From positions 32,178,001 to 32,242,000 of the forward strand of contig NW_025964112.1 of the NCBI RefSeq assembly GCF_023055435.1: DNA of 64,000 nt, in the 5' to 3' direction. Below the pieces are notes generated by a model. It did not search any database and was not told the origin of the DNA. It saw only the letters and a list, made by a program, of their open reading frames with translations. The translations under genes and the position numbers were made by a program. The stretch's first letter is position 1, and every line of letters begins with the position of its first letter. Positions 37,366-51,905 of the stretch are shown here, in pieces. Source of the stretch: Haliotis rufescens (lineage: Eukaryota).

Positions 37366-40169
37366 ATATGCGTGGCACTCGTAACAAAGTCTAGACCAAG
37401 ACTGGACTCCACACCTGGGAAAATGGTCCCAACACCCACCTGTTTCGGCAGCAATAAATTGTCATGGAAAGATATTTGTGGGCGGTGTTTGGGAAACGTG
37501 ATGATGGGAGACGTCAGATACTAAAGCTACTCTAAACAGTGTGTCAGACCTACCTGATAAACATGAGCCAAAGTCAACATTTGGATGCCCTATTTGAGGT
37601 ATGGTGTGACAGCTTTGTTGTACATTGTCCCGAAGACATGAGTTGTTCCATCTTTTCATTAACAAATTGTGCTGTACGCAGGAACAAAATAGGGTAGTGG
37701 ATGAGACATTGTTTTTCGCCCACAGCGTGCGGCCTCATGTAAGACGAAATGACGTTTTGAAAATACATGCATGTTTAGGTGTTTTACAACCCACAACAAA
37801 GAGGAAATTCCTTTGGAAAATATTCTTCAGTAATCAGAGATCCTAGCTATTTTCGTGGATACAAAACGGTCTCCCTGTCTTACACTGATGTAGCATTCGA
37901 TCGCCATATATCTATCAGTAACAAATATTTCATTAATTGTGCAAGTTAAGATAAACCAATTTTCGAAAAACCAGGTGTTGGATCAATACGGAACTTCGGT
38001 GTTGGTATGTATCAGCATGACGTGTAACATCTGCGAACAGTAGTTATTGTTGTTATCGTTACAATAACAGGGTGAAAGAATAAACACATAGCCTAATGTT
38101 GCCGTTTAGTGTTTCAGACAAAGCGATTGGTCACAATATAAAAAATCCCGTTTACGGATTTAAAACATGTATTATTTACTGGCTGATTTATCGGATCGAC
38201 TATTCATCAGAAAAACAGATTTTCACTCAACCTACGTTGCCGCTTCAACTCTCCCCAAATGCATACACATAGTATTTCTCACAGGGATGTCAGCTGAGCA
38301 AACACACCAAACGTGTTAATTTAATCAGTCCACCTGACTTGATCGATGTATATCTGAACGAGGACATCCGACATACCGACAAACCCTGCCCGTATTGAAC
38401 AGAAGACCTTTAGTCAGTCCTGAAATTCAGCTTTGTGTTTCAAGTCATGTGTAAAAACATCGCCTGAATATGTGTGATGCCGGCATCAAACAATCACAAG
38501 AGCAGATACAACCTCGCAGTGTACCGCAACTGCATAAAGCACGTAGACCTTTAAATGTGTAATTATTGCATATTCAGGTTTAGGTTTGGCATCACTTTTC
38601 TGGAACGTAATATTTGATAATTCAGCACCACAGAATGCCTGTTGATGCCTGTGTCATTAGGGAATAAACTTGCTTCTATGTAACGTCGACTATGCATGAG
38701 ATTAGTTTGCGCTGTGAAATCTTGCCCCAGCAGCCGTGTTGTTTGGCATGCTGATTTGAGGATGGTTAACATAATTTATCATGTGTATTAGTTTTAACGG
38801 ATTTTGTCAGTTTTATAAACAGGTGTATTTGCCATATGAAACACATCATCTCTCTCAATAACTCTCTGTTAATTAATTCGCTGTAGAGGAGACGTAACAC
38901 TTTATTTTTGAAGGTTTATTTTTAGAGCCCATCTGTGTTCTTTGGTTCATTGAGTTAACCTGTACTTATATCTCAATATGTGTTGTATAGTGCAGAATCT
39001 CCTTGGATCCAAAAGTGTGTTCTTCGTGTGTTGTAAATGTTTACATGTTAACGAACACTATCTTCCTCTCATACAATGCATGTATGTGGTAGTGACACGC
39101 GTGACCTGGGTGAGTGAGGTGCTATATTTTACACTTAATATAGACATAATTCATGTTGCAATATTATGACAGCCTGCGCAAGGACTGGATCGCATATACT
39201 GTAATCATGTTCAGAATGGAACCCTATGTTTCTCTGTTTTGGTCTTTACTTATATATGTAGGTAGGGACATTCGACATATGTACGTGTTTGTAACTTTAT
39301 CATATAATGGATAGGTTTCTCGACAGGATAAAGTCAACGGATTAAAATGATATTCTTTGGGGTCATCTGCGGATAGAGATGCAAATATCAAAGGTCAAGT
39401 AGCGACATTCTGGCAACACGCGCGGGATACTGCAGTCATGTATTTGTACAACAGGCAAACGTGCCGAGCACTTGGCCAATGATTAAAGCACCTTAATCTT
39501 GTACGCCGTGCCAGTCTGTTTCAGTGATGAAGACGTTCGAAGTGCCCATTCATTTAGTAATGCTTGTTTCCACAGCGATTGATGATATGTTATTAAAACC
39601 CTCGACCTTCATACCACGATTGTCTACTACTATTGGTCATTACTTGAACCAAGTGTACGAAACTAAACACTGCATGCAGCCTTATATGACTTGACATATC
39701 AGTATATTACAGAGAGGGGCCCAGCAATAGGTGAAAATATTTTCAGTAATTCTCATTTATCATAAATACTTTTGCTTCATTCTGATTGGCTTGTTCTTTT
39801 CACAAGAATCCATTGTTTTCATTGTTTGTTACGAATCCCAAAGCAATGAACTCATTGTTGCAAACACTTTAATATTACGTAATCCCTTGTTCATGATGTC
39901 ACAAACGATGTGGTGTGACGTCGTCCCAACAATAACCCATCTGAGCTGATGTGTTCACTTTGATTCCACTTTTTGATATATGTTACATTTCCAATGATAA
40001 ATGTCTGAATTTAGCAATGTTATAGGCCAAACCTTAGCTGTAATGGTGCTTAGGCAGCACCAAAAGAACTTCTACATGGTTTTAATTTTTAGAATATAAT
40101 TTTATTTTTAAAAATTCAAAATTTAAAAGAAATCGCCTAATATACAACTGGTGATGGTTATTTTTTTAC

Positions 40170-40360
40170 ACCTTATCCTTGAAACAAAATAACATGGTAG
40201 AGGTCATGTGGTTGCAAATTTATTTCTTACCCCAGTCTTCATTGAACTACATGTAGTTTATTTTTACACAAAATTGCACAGATTACTTTTCAAAGTGAGG
40301 CAAAAAAAATTCAATTACATAAGACAAACTCGGTAAACTTTCTTTCACTCCTCAGTTCAT
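40170..40360 (-). mobile_element. Fragment of the same non-autonomous Tc1-type family as 21222-21702
   Basis: atttcttaccccagtcttcattgaac and ctcggtaaactttctttcactcctcagt are reverse complements of segments of 21222-21412. Confidence 0.6.
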
Positions 40361-40695
40361 CAAGAATAGCGTACTCGCACCTCGGAATGACGGATTATCT
40401 GTCACTCGTGAATTAATCTTTTCAAAAAATTGTTTAGAGTAATTCACTCGGGACCGATAATCCATATTGCCTCGTGTATCGAAGGTTAATCTCTCAACAT
40501 TCGTTCTTCTTCTCTAAACACTTCAAGAACTCATATGTCTTTGTTTACACTCCAACCGTACCTTGGCGCTCGGCACTAAGGTCATAAAACAATTACTGGT
40601 CGGCTCGGAGGTAGTAGACTGTGTCTGAGTTGGGTACCCATGTGAAACAGCGACATGGTATCTCTGCAGGCTAGCACTTTACCGGCATGAGTCCG

Positions 40696-40810
40696 GACAC
40701 GCACACGCACATGCACACGCGTACACACACACGCACACGCGTACACACACATGCACACGCACATACGCACACGCACACGCACACGCGCACGCACACACGC
40801 ACACGCACAC
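40696..40810. repeat. (CA/CG) compound microsatellite
   Basis: Direct. Confidence 0.9.
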
Positions 40811-41356
40811 AGAGTCATAGGAATATTGGAATTCTTCTCATTACGATTTAGATAGTTTAAATGATACATATAGACTGAGATAATAAGATAAGCCCGGCCC
40901 AATTTAGAATAAATTACAACTCGGACGACTAGATAGGAATCGATAGATTACTTGGAATGAATACATGGCAGTTCCAGAATAAGATGACACACTCATATGT
41001 CACATTCGCTACTTGGCTACAGAAGAGTTCGCTGATCCCAATCGCGATGGGTATACTTCTATCAGGCATTACACATCCAGTGTCGCTGGTGATTACTCAA
41101 AGTAAAATAGGAAAACCTATCTGTAGTTCTTTAAGGTAGAGTGAAGTTTTGTTGAGGTTTCTCTTCTCAAGAGGGCCACAATAACATACATGATACTGCA
41201 AAGTTTGTTTCACTTTCTGGTGATTGGTGCGGATGTTTTGTCGGCAATGAGCCGAACTGATCCAGCGGTTGTATATCCTGTTTTTGAAACAAATTAAGAT
41301 ACGTATTCGCCAGCTACATACAACAAAGTTCTTAAATTACTCACACGTTTCTTTTG

Positions 41357-41494
41357 NNNNNNNNNNNNNNNNNNNNNNNNNNNNNNNNNNNNNNNNNNNN
41401 NNNNNNNNNNNNNNNNNNNNNNNNNNNNNNNNNNNNNNNNNNNNNNNNNNNNNNNNNNNNNNNNNNNNNNNNNNNNNNNNNNNNNNNNNNNNNN
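41357..41494. other. Assembly gap (N run)
   Basis: Ns. Confidence 1.
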
Positions 41495-43329
41495 TATAAA
41501 CGATCATCTATGTTCTGTAATCGACACAGATAATCACTAACGTAACTCGATCACACCGCGTGTACAGTTGGTGGAGACGGTTGTCAGGGTGGTCAGTTAA
41601 CCATGCTGGATGTACAGGCAGCATTCTTGCTCTGTAGGAAAACACTACTTATTTCCTCCTTGCGCCTCTCTGTAAACACTCGGTCCCGAGTGAGCCATGA
41701 GAGCAGTATGCGGCTATAAAAGGGTACTTAACAGGGTGATCAATCACTCCCCCTGCCGAGCATCTGTTCCAGCAGGAGGATGTGAAGCTGGAAAGGGGCC
41801 GCAGGCGTTGGGGGTTTCGTGAAGTTTTATTTGTAACTTTGACTGTTGAGAAGCAAGAAACGCCAAGGCATACCTGGACTCTTCTTCTGAAAGATGATAT
41901 GTGCTAAGGTTGAGGGGAACTAAATTATTCGAATCCGTTCTTATTTGATTGATGAGTTAAAATGAGTATGATTCCGGGATATGTAGACGACACTTCTTTG
42001 ATTCTCTTCGTACACCCAAACACAAAATAATAGCTTTCGGATGGTGACACAGTAGTCACAATTATTTCTATTAGTTGCGTCCCTTAGTGTTGTAAAGATC
42101 CGCTTGCCATGAATTCAAATCCAACATTGTTGCCCTGTTGGTGAATCTAGGTCTGTCAGCACTAAACTCTCGTTTAGAGGTGTCAACCAAGGTAAGAAAC
42201 TTCTACGATCTGTAAGAAACGTTTCCTAGTAAATTATTTCTGATACATGTACGTCAGAATATAACTGAAATAATGTTAAAAGTGGCAATAAACCCAATTT
42301 ACTCTCTCGTTGTCCTTAAATTTTACACAGCAATGATTCATATCACTAGTATTTGCTTACAATCATATACTGAATTCCTCGGAAGTGCACGTATTTACAT
42401 TGAGAAGGTATACCGCTGTGGTTGTGCAGCTCCCAGAACACATCTCCCTGACGTACACCTGTTGCCAGTGACCATTCAGTTTGGTGTGAGTAATTTCAAG
42501 TCGTCTTACACCAATGATATACGACCACGAAGTCATAAAATATAACGCCTCCCAGGTGCACATAACCCTGTATATGAAATATAAAAAGCAATTTTAACCA
42601 CAAACAAATAGAAAATTAAAGTCTTCTCAGAAAGTGATCATAAAACATTCCTGAAGGTGTTATTAAAAATGCTGGATGATCTCAAATTGAAACAAGATAA
42701 AACGTAGGGCCTACTGTCCGATGACATCACGTTCTCTCAGAATAGAAGCATTAGCGAGTAAAAGGATAATCTCTACATATGAAGGCCCGTTGGGTCACAT
42801 GGATTGGGCCCTGAGTGTGAAATGCAAGCTGCACTTATTCTTCATCGTCAATACCAGTACGTAGGAGTAGGTTCCTGCTCAGCCTAATTTCTAGTAACAC
42901 TATCACGGTACTTGTACAATCAATAGGTTTCTATATTAAGAATACGGTCAAACTGACTTGATCCAATTTCGATTGCAGGAGCAAGTGCTGATTGTTTGGC
43001 GGGCTTTAACCGTGATCAGTTGTTACTGTCATCTAAAACAGACCACGTTGTTTACAAAACACATTTTCATAGCCCTTCTGCGACCAGATGATACAATTGT
43101 CAATTAAAGACAAATGCCATGAGTAAAAGTATCCATATATTTTGTGTCAAGTTAGTTTCTTTGGTTTGCCTAAAAATGGAATTACGCAGGTAAAGGTGTC
43201 ATTTAAGCGAATGTTTGTTCACTACACTTTACAAGATAAAAGAACCGAAACCATTCAGATCCGATGCCGTTTTAGTTTAGTAAAAGAATCATACTGACCA
43301 CCATATCTTTCCTTTATTCCTATACCACA

Positions 43330-43680
43330 GGACACTGAATGTGTTTGGTCCGACAAGGGATTCATTCTTGATAACTTTGGCAAGATCTATCCAGCAAAGA
43401 TTTCTCACCCAATATTACGTTTTGGCACCACAGAGGTCCGGTTATTAATGGACGATGAACATAATTATTTTTTCCTGACTCGGCGGTACTAGCTTTCATG
43501 GATCCGGCGGTCCGATCTGGTGGCGTGGTCGACAACGCGGTATATGCATTGTGAGAGTTGTAGAAGCTAAGTTGTAGGGCTGGACATGCTTACCCTTTTT
43601 GGCAAACACCTGGCTTCATAACTGATTTTCAGTGATCAGTTTATATAATTTTCATCACTATTTTGACATTTTCGCCCTAT
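43330..43680 (+). mobile_element. 3' fragment of a Penelope-like element (copy 4)
   Basis: gggctggacatgcttacc..aacacctg at ~43576-43612 matches the 3' motif of copies 1 and 2; boundaries approximate. Confidence 0.45.
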
Positions 43681-44537
43681 AGAATCCGTTTCGGCAATCT
43701 GTTGAGGAATCCAGGTGAGTAAACATTCCATATAAATGTCTCGGGAAGGGGGGGGGGAAGGGTGGGGGAGAAGAGTGAGAGAGAGAGAGACATGTAACTA
43801 ACACAATTCATACAGTTATACCTATTTCCGGCAACAAAGAAAATTTCTTCTTAGGAAGGAAGTGTGAATTAATTTCTGTCACGGACTTGATTTTTCCTTT
43901 ATCAGATTGAAATGCTGCAGCGAATTGCATGTGTTGGTCGCTTAAATACCAGTGTGTGGAATGAACTTTCTCCTCATGGTTCCTCTCTGGCATCGTTGGC
44001 TTAATTAACATTGAATATTGGCATAAAACTTTGTAGATGTCACAGTTATTTCACTTATATAGGTTGTCAGCGCCAACAAGACATCAGTACCGATAGCTGT
44101 GGAGTCACAGAATTCATACTGCCTTGAGATATCACCATCTGATTAGAAGTCGTCCAACCCTCTTGTGAAAGGGCACACAATGTACAACAAAGCTTAGCTA
44201 ACCCGCTACATGATGGAGGACAGTATTGTCTGTTATGGCCCCACAAGGCCATACACGCAACAAGAGCTGTATCCTACATACGAGATCAGTTTCACCTTGT
44301 TTTCTATTTCCCAAAGTTGTTTGTGCAGGTGAAACCCCTCGTCCATACAAGTCAGGAGAGCGAGTTTCTGTGTTCCTAAAGAATCAGTTAACATCCTTTC
44401 CCGTTTTGTTAGAAACTTCCCTGTTTTATAGAAAGGGGGACTGAGGTAGTCTGTTAAGGGTGTTAATGAACGAATCTTTCATCTGTTTACTTCGGCAAAT
44501 ACCAATTGTTTATCTTTGTTATGAAGTACCGGGCTGT

Positions 44538-44740
44538 NNNNNNNNNNNNNNNNNNNNNNNNNNNNNNNNNNNNNNNNNNNNNNNNNNNNNNNNNNNNNNN
44601 NNNNNNNNNNNNNNNNNNNNNNNNNNNNNNNNNNNNNNNNNNNNNNNNNNNNNNNNNNNNNNNNNNNNNNNNNNNNNNNNNNNNNNNNNNNNNNNNNNNN
44701 NNNNNNNNNNNNNNNNNNNNNNNNNNNNNNNNNNNNNNNN
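44538..44740. other. Assembly gap (N run)
   Basis: Ns. Confidence 1.
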
Positions 44741-45194
44741 GTGAAGGACAACATCGGCATCACTAGAACATTTTATATACAACATATAAACAGTAAACCA
44801 AAATACACATAAACGCGGAGGCCTACATGGCGCGGCGGACTTCCTGAATATCTACCTGAATATCTACCCGAATATCTACCTGAATTAGAACATTTTATAC
44901 AGTCACACAAACGTAAATATATATACGCGTTTTACAATATAAAATCACAAACAAAAATGAAGAGAGTCCCTACTGACATACGTATTATACAGTAATGAGG
45001 ACATGCGGGTATTTTACAGATTACAGTTGACATTACTTACAGTATGCAGTACTATGAGTAAATTCGTGTCACACTGTGATAGTATGCAACGCTGTTTCTT
45101 TCTTTGAAAGGGCAGTTCAGATGGTTCCCCTAGGGTTGTCATTGGCGCCGTTCCCTGAAGTTCTGTTTCAGGTGGCAAGATCTTCATCCCTGAC

Positions 45195-45279
45195 ATATTC
45201 CTCTCCCGCAACAGCACGGTAACAGAAGGTCCGGGTTCGATCCCCGGTCGCGTCATACCAAAACACACACACACACGCA

Positions 45280-45310
<31 letters not shown>

Positions 45311-45315
45311 GCATG
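45195..45315 (+). mobile_element. SINE head fragment followed by CA/CACG microsatellite
   Basis: B-box gggttcgatccccggtcgcgtcatacca followed by (CA)n(CACG)n. Confidence 0.55.
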
Positions 45316-45551
45316 CACGTCGTTGTATATTGTAATAATCGCGTCGCTACGTAGTGCAATTATCTTAAACCCAATTTCACAACGTCAGGCAACATTGCTG
45401 TCTGGTGAAATGTGAAAACTCCGGAAATAATCAACATATGACGCACAATTTTATTCAGTAGAAAGTCATTCGGCTGATTATGGGTTTCACCTGTCGTTAG
45501 AGTTTCAAAACAAATACACGTTAAGAAACCCCAAATGTATCGTTTATTTGC

Positions 45552-45782
45552 GGGGGCACGGGTGTCCCTGTCGTCAAAGCCACCACAATTTGCTGTGCAG
45601 ACTTGCGTCCCTTGGGTATGCCAGAAGCCTATGCTTGTGGGTTTTTCAGCACCATAACCGTGCGCGTGGGTTTCACCAAAGTGGTCAACTCAAAACATTT
45701 TTTCATCACTTTGACCTACATGACTTTGGGCCGTGATATAACTGGAATATTGTTCCAAGCAGCGCTCCGCCCAACTCTCCCA
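45552..45782 (+). mobile_element. SINE family B copy, internally deleted
   Basis: gggcacgggtg..gctgtgcaga..gccagaagcctatg..gtgggtttcaccaaagtggt..gccgtgatataactggaatattg; homologous to 56873-57152. Confidence 0.85.
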
Positions 45783-48700
45783 CGTACCCGTTTATATGTT
45801 CACATATTTAACTGGAAAATGACTGAATAAACACTATTTCAAACATCATGTACAGATAACTGTTGAAGTAATTGTTTGTTTCTCTGCTGGGTCTTCTCGA
45901 AGTTTATTGATTACCATAAAAAATATCCAAAGAGATAGTTGTTACACAATATAAACTGCTAATAACTTCCGCGGCGTGCTTAGGGAAATCTACCAACACA
46001 TTCTATTTTAAAAAATCGTATTCCCATGTCCCCCATGGCCTGTAATTATGGTCTTGATTTTGTACGGTGAACACTGAGGCAGTTTTTATGATGGGTGTTT
46101 GTGAGGATTATTCTGGAAAGGCGGGAAGCTTAATCAATCCTGTGGAAATCATGATTTGAATATACCGTTAAGGAGGAAAACCCAATGAGTTTTAATTCAG
46201 GGGGTTCGGACTTAGATTAATTTTATACCTCTAAAGCTCTTTCGAAAACGAATGCGTCACCTGAGGTTTCGTAATTTGAAAGAAAATATTTAAAAGTGGG
46301 TTGGATTCAATCCGCGCAATTTTCCTTACTTATGTTCAAACAATAATTTTCACCACAACAATACAATAATTGAGCGCTGGCACACGGACCCCAAATGACG
46401 CGACCCTTAATGTTTTGTTCTCAAGTAAACGCTGCTATGCTGATCTCATAATACGCAACAGACAGAAAGCAGAAGCAATGCCCAACAGAAAACATGACGA
46501 CAGGGTATGCCACAGAGAAGGAGTGCCAAAACGTCCCTGCTATGTTGTTTGCATTGCTGTCTATTGTCTGACGGTATTTAAACCTCTTCTGTTGAGTGAA
46601 ACTAGTATTTAATATAGACTTGTAGTATTTAAAAACATTTTTTTCAAGATCTTCGCAGTGACATGCTCACTAAAAAATGATGGTAGTGTACCGCTGGTGG
46701 ACCAATCAGAATGCAGATTCTAAATATATTGTTAGAACGGCACAATACCGATAAGCACCTAAACGAATTTCAGTGTATGCTTCTCTTGGTAGGGCTGCTC
46801 TTGGCATTTTTCTATATCCTATGTACCTCAAATGTTTAATTGGGAGTACACCTATTTGGGGGCATTCGTCTTTGTTTAATGTCATGTCGATCATGGAATA
46901 GTATAATCATTTTAATGGAAGAGAGAAAAAATTCTCCTCCTGTAGTAGTAGTATTGGGGTATATATCTGGCCCCATCGTGGGTGTACCCGCTTCAGGGTA
47001 TATCCCCCCCCCCCCTTACCTATACTACTCTCCTTTATGGAAATAAACTACATGTACTTGCCAAAAGAAGCCATTCCTCGATATTTGATGGTGACTAAAA
47101 TGAAGCAACAAGAAATTAATATTAAATAGTTATGTATTTGATAAGGGTATCATAATTGTGCTTTAGAACATAAGTGTACATTGTTTTCAGCCGAGTAACG
47201 TTTTGGTTACGTTTGTAATTTTATGGTCAACTTCATTTTTCAAGTGTATACTTTCTTTTGCCCGTCACTTTAGTAAGAACTACGTGTAGTCAGTTTTCCG
47301 CTGCGTTACGAGAACAATGCATTCCTCTTCCTATGAAGGCAAACCTTACGTCTGGACTACAAAGAGGGTAATTACTGCTTAAGATTAACTCCTATGATTT
47401 TAAAGTAAACCAGTTTCAGATTGCATGTGTAGGGGTATTACGAGACATTCTTTGTGCGTCCACGTTTGTTCTATCTCATTATTAATATTCTCAGATTTTC
47501 AATGTTGGTCGAACAGTGACTTCTTATTTTTGTGATGTAGAAGTAGTAAGTATTTCATAATTGCACAACATATGAGCTTTCGAGCTACATCAAATTGCAT
47601 AGACCCGTCAAAGAATATACTTATCTATGTCGTTTATTACTTGTTTCATCTACAAAATGTCCACTCTTTCATAATGCTAAGACGGATCAGTATCATGAGT
47701 ATCACAAACAAGTTCCCTCAAGTTCGTTAAAGGGTAATTCACTTCTCATTTTACGGAGTAACACCTTGTTCAAAATCGGTACTGGTCTACGTCGTTCGCA
47801 TAATGAAGTGACTGTTCCATGGAAGGTTTGAAACATCGTCATTTTCTGTATGTTAAAGGTATGTGTGATATTTGTTACAGTCTCATTACTTCATCATAAC
47901 ATCTGATACAATTTACATTGGTTATTTGGCTAGAAATATGTGTCTCCGGCAGTTTAAAGTGTTAATGGTACATACATATTCCATCACTGAATCACTGCAC
48001 GTGTTCACGTGCATCAAGGCTGTCCGTCACGGTAAGGTTCGGGGCTCATTACCGATGGTAACACACCATGGGATCTCGTATTGTTTTAGGAGCTTCCTCA
48101 AGACACTTAAGACACTATTTCAGTTATTTACTTCCTGTCATTAATGGGTAAGTGAGTTTGGTCGACACTGAATTGAATGATGTAACAAATCTTTGCCAGG
48201 ATAGATTAGCCGAGTTGATCAACGTTAGTGCTTCACAGGATTGACTGCTGGTTGCATCAGTGGGCTTCTTCCATAGGTTTATTGATTGAGGCACATCAAC
48301 ACGTTATGATCAATCAACGACCTATGTTTCCGTTACACCATAATCCTGTATTAACGTCGATTTCCCAGTCGTCGAAGGCCCTCATTGTAAATTTATAGCC
48401 ATTATGGTCGGACAGAGATATTGGAGAAGGGCGGGATTTTACGCAAAGTAATTCATTCTGTTTGCGATGCATTTTGTCCTGTGAAGAAGAGCAGCACAAC
48501 GTCTCAGTACCCATTTGAAAAAGGATTTAATAGGATTACGCCTTCACCCTTGGATGCATCAGCTACTATTTCGGTGGATTTAGTGGGCACGCGAAAGCGG
48601 AATTTAAGCTCTCAGTCACGTTACTTCCGTAACCAAGGGCCTCTGCAGGATATTGCTTTAACTTAATGAAAGACTCAAATATTTACACTTGTGGAACGTT

Positions 48701-49319
48701 TTAACTATACAGTCGAAAACATCACTGTTTACCGTCCTCAACAAGCACAGGAGTTCTCTCTGGTGCCTGGAGTAAGGAGCTCGTCAGGTGAGTAAACGCT
48801 GTGAGGTCGCGAACGTTTCTGTTTACCTGTGATGTGTTCCAATGAAAGACACCGTATAACAAGGGTGGGGAAGGATACGCGCGTGCGATTGATTTACAAG
48901 GAACTGACTACAGGCATCTACTTGGATACTGTCCATCCGATGTCAGAGGAGATGAACATTTTAGATTCAATCACTCATGCCAGTTACAGTAATATCACCT
49001 GACATTAAGACAAATTACCAAAAGGGGCTGAACAGATCCACGTTTCGTAATTATTGCATTCCATTTGCCTCAGAGATTCTCATTATAATCGTTTCCCTTT
49101 ATATCCACTGAAGTTCTCTCACAAAATCAAGAGATCCTTTTAGCCATGCCGATCTAAGTGGCATGCTATATTCTTTAGAAGGTGACACGTTATGTTCGGT
49201 TATCTTCCTGAAACGTGGGGCTTGGGCTGGCAGGGGGCTGGTTGCAGTATAATTATGCAAGTATGCTTCAGTATTGCCTGGGCTAGATGGAAGGTCCATG
49301 CGCCCGTTATTAATAAAAA

Positions 49320-49446
49320 ATATTGACATGCAACTTGAAACATTCTTGAAGAATTCATCAAAATGACTTGCAAACATTGTGAAGCATTCGTCATACTAAC
49401 ATGTAACCATCTTGAAACATTCATTATATTGACATGTAACCATCTT
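49320..49446. repeat. Degenerate units of the 33-bp satellite family
   Basis: tgacatgcaa/tgacatgtaaccatcttgaaacattc units matching 50310-53020. Confidence 0.75.
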
Positions 49447-49479
49447 AATATTAAAGCGATAAAGCCCTCTCAATAATCA

Positions 49480-50300
49480 TAAGAAATATCTGCTAAAAGT
49501 AGAGTACATAGTACGATTCCGACTATGTCGCGAAAAGGCGTAATCTGATCCACAGCTGGCAACCGTCACACACACATGCAAAGGTAGGTTGATTGTTCAC
49601 CTGAAAGAACACGGGAACATATGGTTCAGGTCAAAACAGGGAATTGTATTGTACATCATTTTTGTTACTTATGTGTACCATGAAACATATGAAAAGCTTT
49701 ACTGAGGCCTTTGATGTTGTAATCCTAACAAACGCCTCATGACGCTCTTTGAAACTTTTGAGGAATGGTTATGCTCGATTGTACCTCAAACGTTTTGAAT
49801 AAAGACACCAAAAGCTGGAGCCGCAGGAATATTGCTCGTCCTAAAGGGAACGTTAACTATTGTAATGTTAAAGTCATCCCTCTTATCATAGGGGCGGGTC
49901 TGGTAGCCTAGTGGTTAAAGCGTTCGCTCGTCACGCCGAAGACCAGGGTTCGATTCCCGACATGGGTACAATGTGTGAAGCCCATTTCTGGTGTTCCCCG
50001 CCGTGATATTTGCTGGAATATGCTAAAGGCGGCGTAAAACCACACTCACTCATCTCTTGTCATTACGTCTTCTGGATATTTTCTGTCACTCTGAATCTTT
50101 ATGTACAGATCTAAATATGAAACTGATGATGCGGTTTCACTGGTCGGTTTTATTTCCAGATCGGGTGGGTACATCAGTGGTAGGGAATTGGCTATTTGAC
50201 CATTATTGAATGCTATCGGATTATCAGCAGGGAAGACAGTCCAATTGGTACCGGGGGGATGCCACAAAACACCTATCACACAAGTATAAGTATTCCTGAA
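49480..50300 (-). mobile_element. Penelope-like retroelement RT remnant (copy 3), interrupted by a SINE
   Basis: Minus strand: MYPPDLEIKPTSETASSVSYLDLYIKI, then after the SINE YDKRDDFNITIVNVPFRTSNIPAAPAFGVFI; the 3' region aligns with 8400-8610. Confidence 0.88.
49891..50050 (+). mobile_element. tRNA-derived SINE, family A copy 2
   Basis: tagcctagtggttaaagcg..agggttcgattccc..cactcact; imperfect TSD ctcttatcat/ctcttgtcat. Confidence 0.92.
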
Positions 50301-50309
50301 ACAACCATC

Positions 50310-51905
50310 ACGCTGACATACGGTCGTGTTGAAACAATCATCACACTGACATGCAATCTTGTTGAAATATTCAGCATACTGACATGCAATCATGTTGAAA
50401 CTTTCAGCATCCTGACATGCAATCTTGTTGAAATATTCAGCATACTGACATGCAATCGTGTTGAAACTTTCAGCATACTGACATGCAATCGATTTGAAAC
50501 CTTCAGCATACTGACGTGAAATAGTGTTGAAATATTCAGCATACTGACATGCAATCGTGTTGAAATATTCAGCATCCTGACATGCAATCTTGTTGAAATA
50601 TTCAGCATATTGACATGCAATCGTGTTGAAATATTCAGCATACTGACATGCAATCGTGTTGAAACCTTCAGCATCCTGACATGCAATCGTGTTGAAACCT
50701 TCAGCATACTGACATGAAATCGTGTTCAAACTTTCAGCATACTGACATGCAATCTAGTTGAAACCTTCAGCATCCTGACATGCAATCGTGTTAAAACCTT
50801 TAGCATACTGACATGCAATCGTGTTCAAACTTTCAGCATACTGACATGCAATCGTGTTAAAACCTTCAGCATCCTGACATGCAATCGTGTTGAAATATTC
50901 AGCATACTGACATGCAATCGTGTTGCAATATTCAGCATCCTGACATGCAATCGTGTTGAAATATTCAGCATCCTGACATGCAATCGTGTTGAAATATTCA
51001 GCATACTGACATGCAATCGTGTTGAAACCTTCAGCATCCTGACATGCAATCGTGTTGAAACCTTCAGCATCCTGACATGCAATCGTGTTGAAACCTTCAG
51101 TACCCTGACATGCAATCGTGTTGAAACCTTCAGCATACTGACATGCAATCTAGTTGAAACCTTCAGCATCCTGACATGCAATCGTGTTGAAACATTCAGC
51201 ATAATGACATGCAATCGTGTTCAAATATTCAGCATCCTGACATGCAATCGTGTTGAAACCTTCAGCATAATGACATGCAATCGTGTTCAAATATTCAGCA
51301 TACTGACATGCAATCGTGTTCAAACCTTCAGCATACTGACATGCAATCGTGTTGAAATATTCAGCATCCTGACATGCAATCTAGTTGAAACCTTCAGCAT
51401 CCTGACATGCAATCGTGTTGAAACATTCAGCATAATGACATGCAATCGTGTTCAAATATTCAGCATCCTGACATGCAATCGTGTTGAAACCTTCAGCATA
51501 ATGACATGCAATCGTGTTCAAATATTCAGCATACTGACATGCAATCGTGTTCAAACCTTCAGCATCCTGACATGCAATCGTGTTCAAATATTCAGCATAC
51601 TGACATGCAATTGTGTTCAAACCTTCAGCATACTGACATGCAATCGTGTTGAAATATTCAGCATCCTGACATGCAATCGTGTTGAAATATTCAGCATACT
51701 GACATGCAATCTTGTTCAAATATCCAGCATACTGACATGCAATCGTGTTGACATATTCAGCATACTGACATGCAATCGTGTTGAAATATTCAGCATACTG
51801 AAATGCAATCGTATTGAAACATTTAACATACTGACATGAAATAGTGTTGAAATACTCAGCATACTGACATGCAATCGCGTTGAATCCTCAAGCATACTGA
51901 TATCA
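50310..51905. repeat. 33-bp minisatellite
   Basis: Unit ctgacatgcaatcgtgttgaaa(ta/cc)ttcagcat(a/c). Confidence 0.97.

Noticed and set aside
36501-37524. 17-aa repeat proteins on both strands
   Set aside because: A 51-bp minisatellite whose unit is a multiple of 3; no splice or start context, and stops occur in variant units
37400-37850. Cys-containing stretch reminiscent of a piggyBac C-terminal finger
   Set aside because: Too degenerate; no TTAA-bounded TIRs or catalytic motifs identified
41269-44785. ORFs containing X runs
   Set aside because: Artefacts of the assembly gaps
49891-49965. Apparent tRNA gene
   Set aside because: SINE head: continues into a SINE body and tail with a TSD, and has no proper acceptor stem
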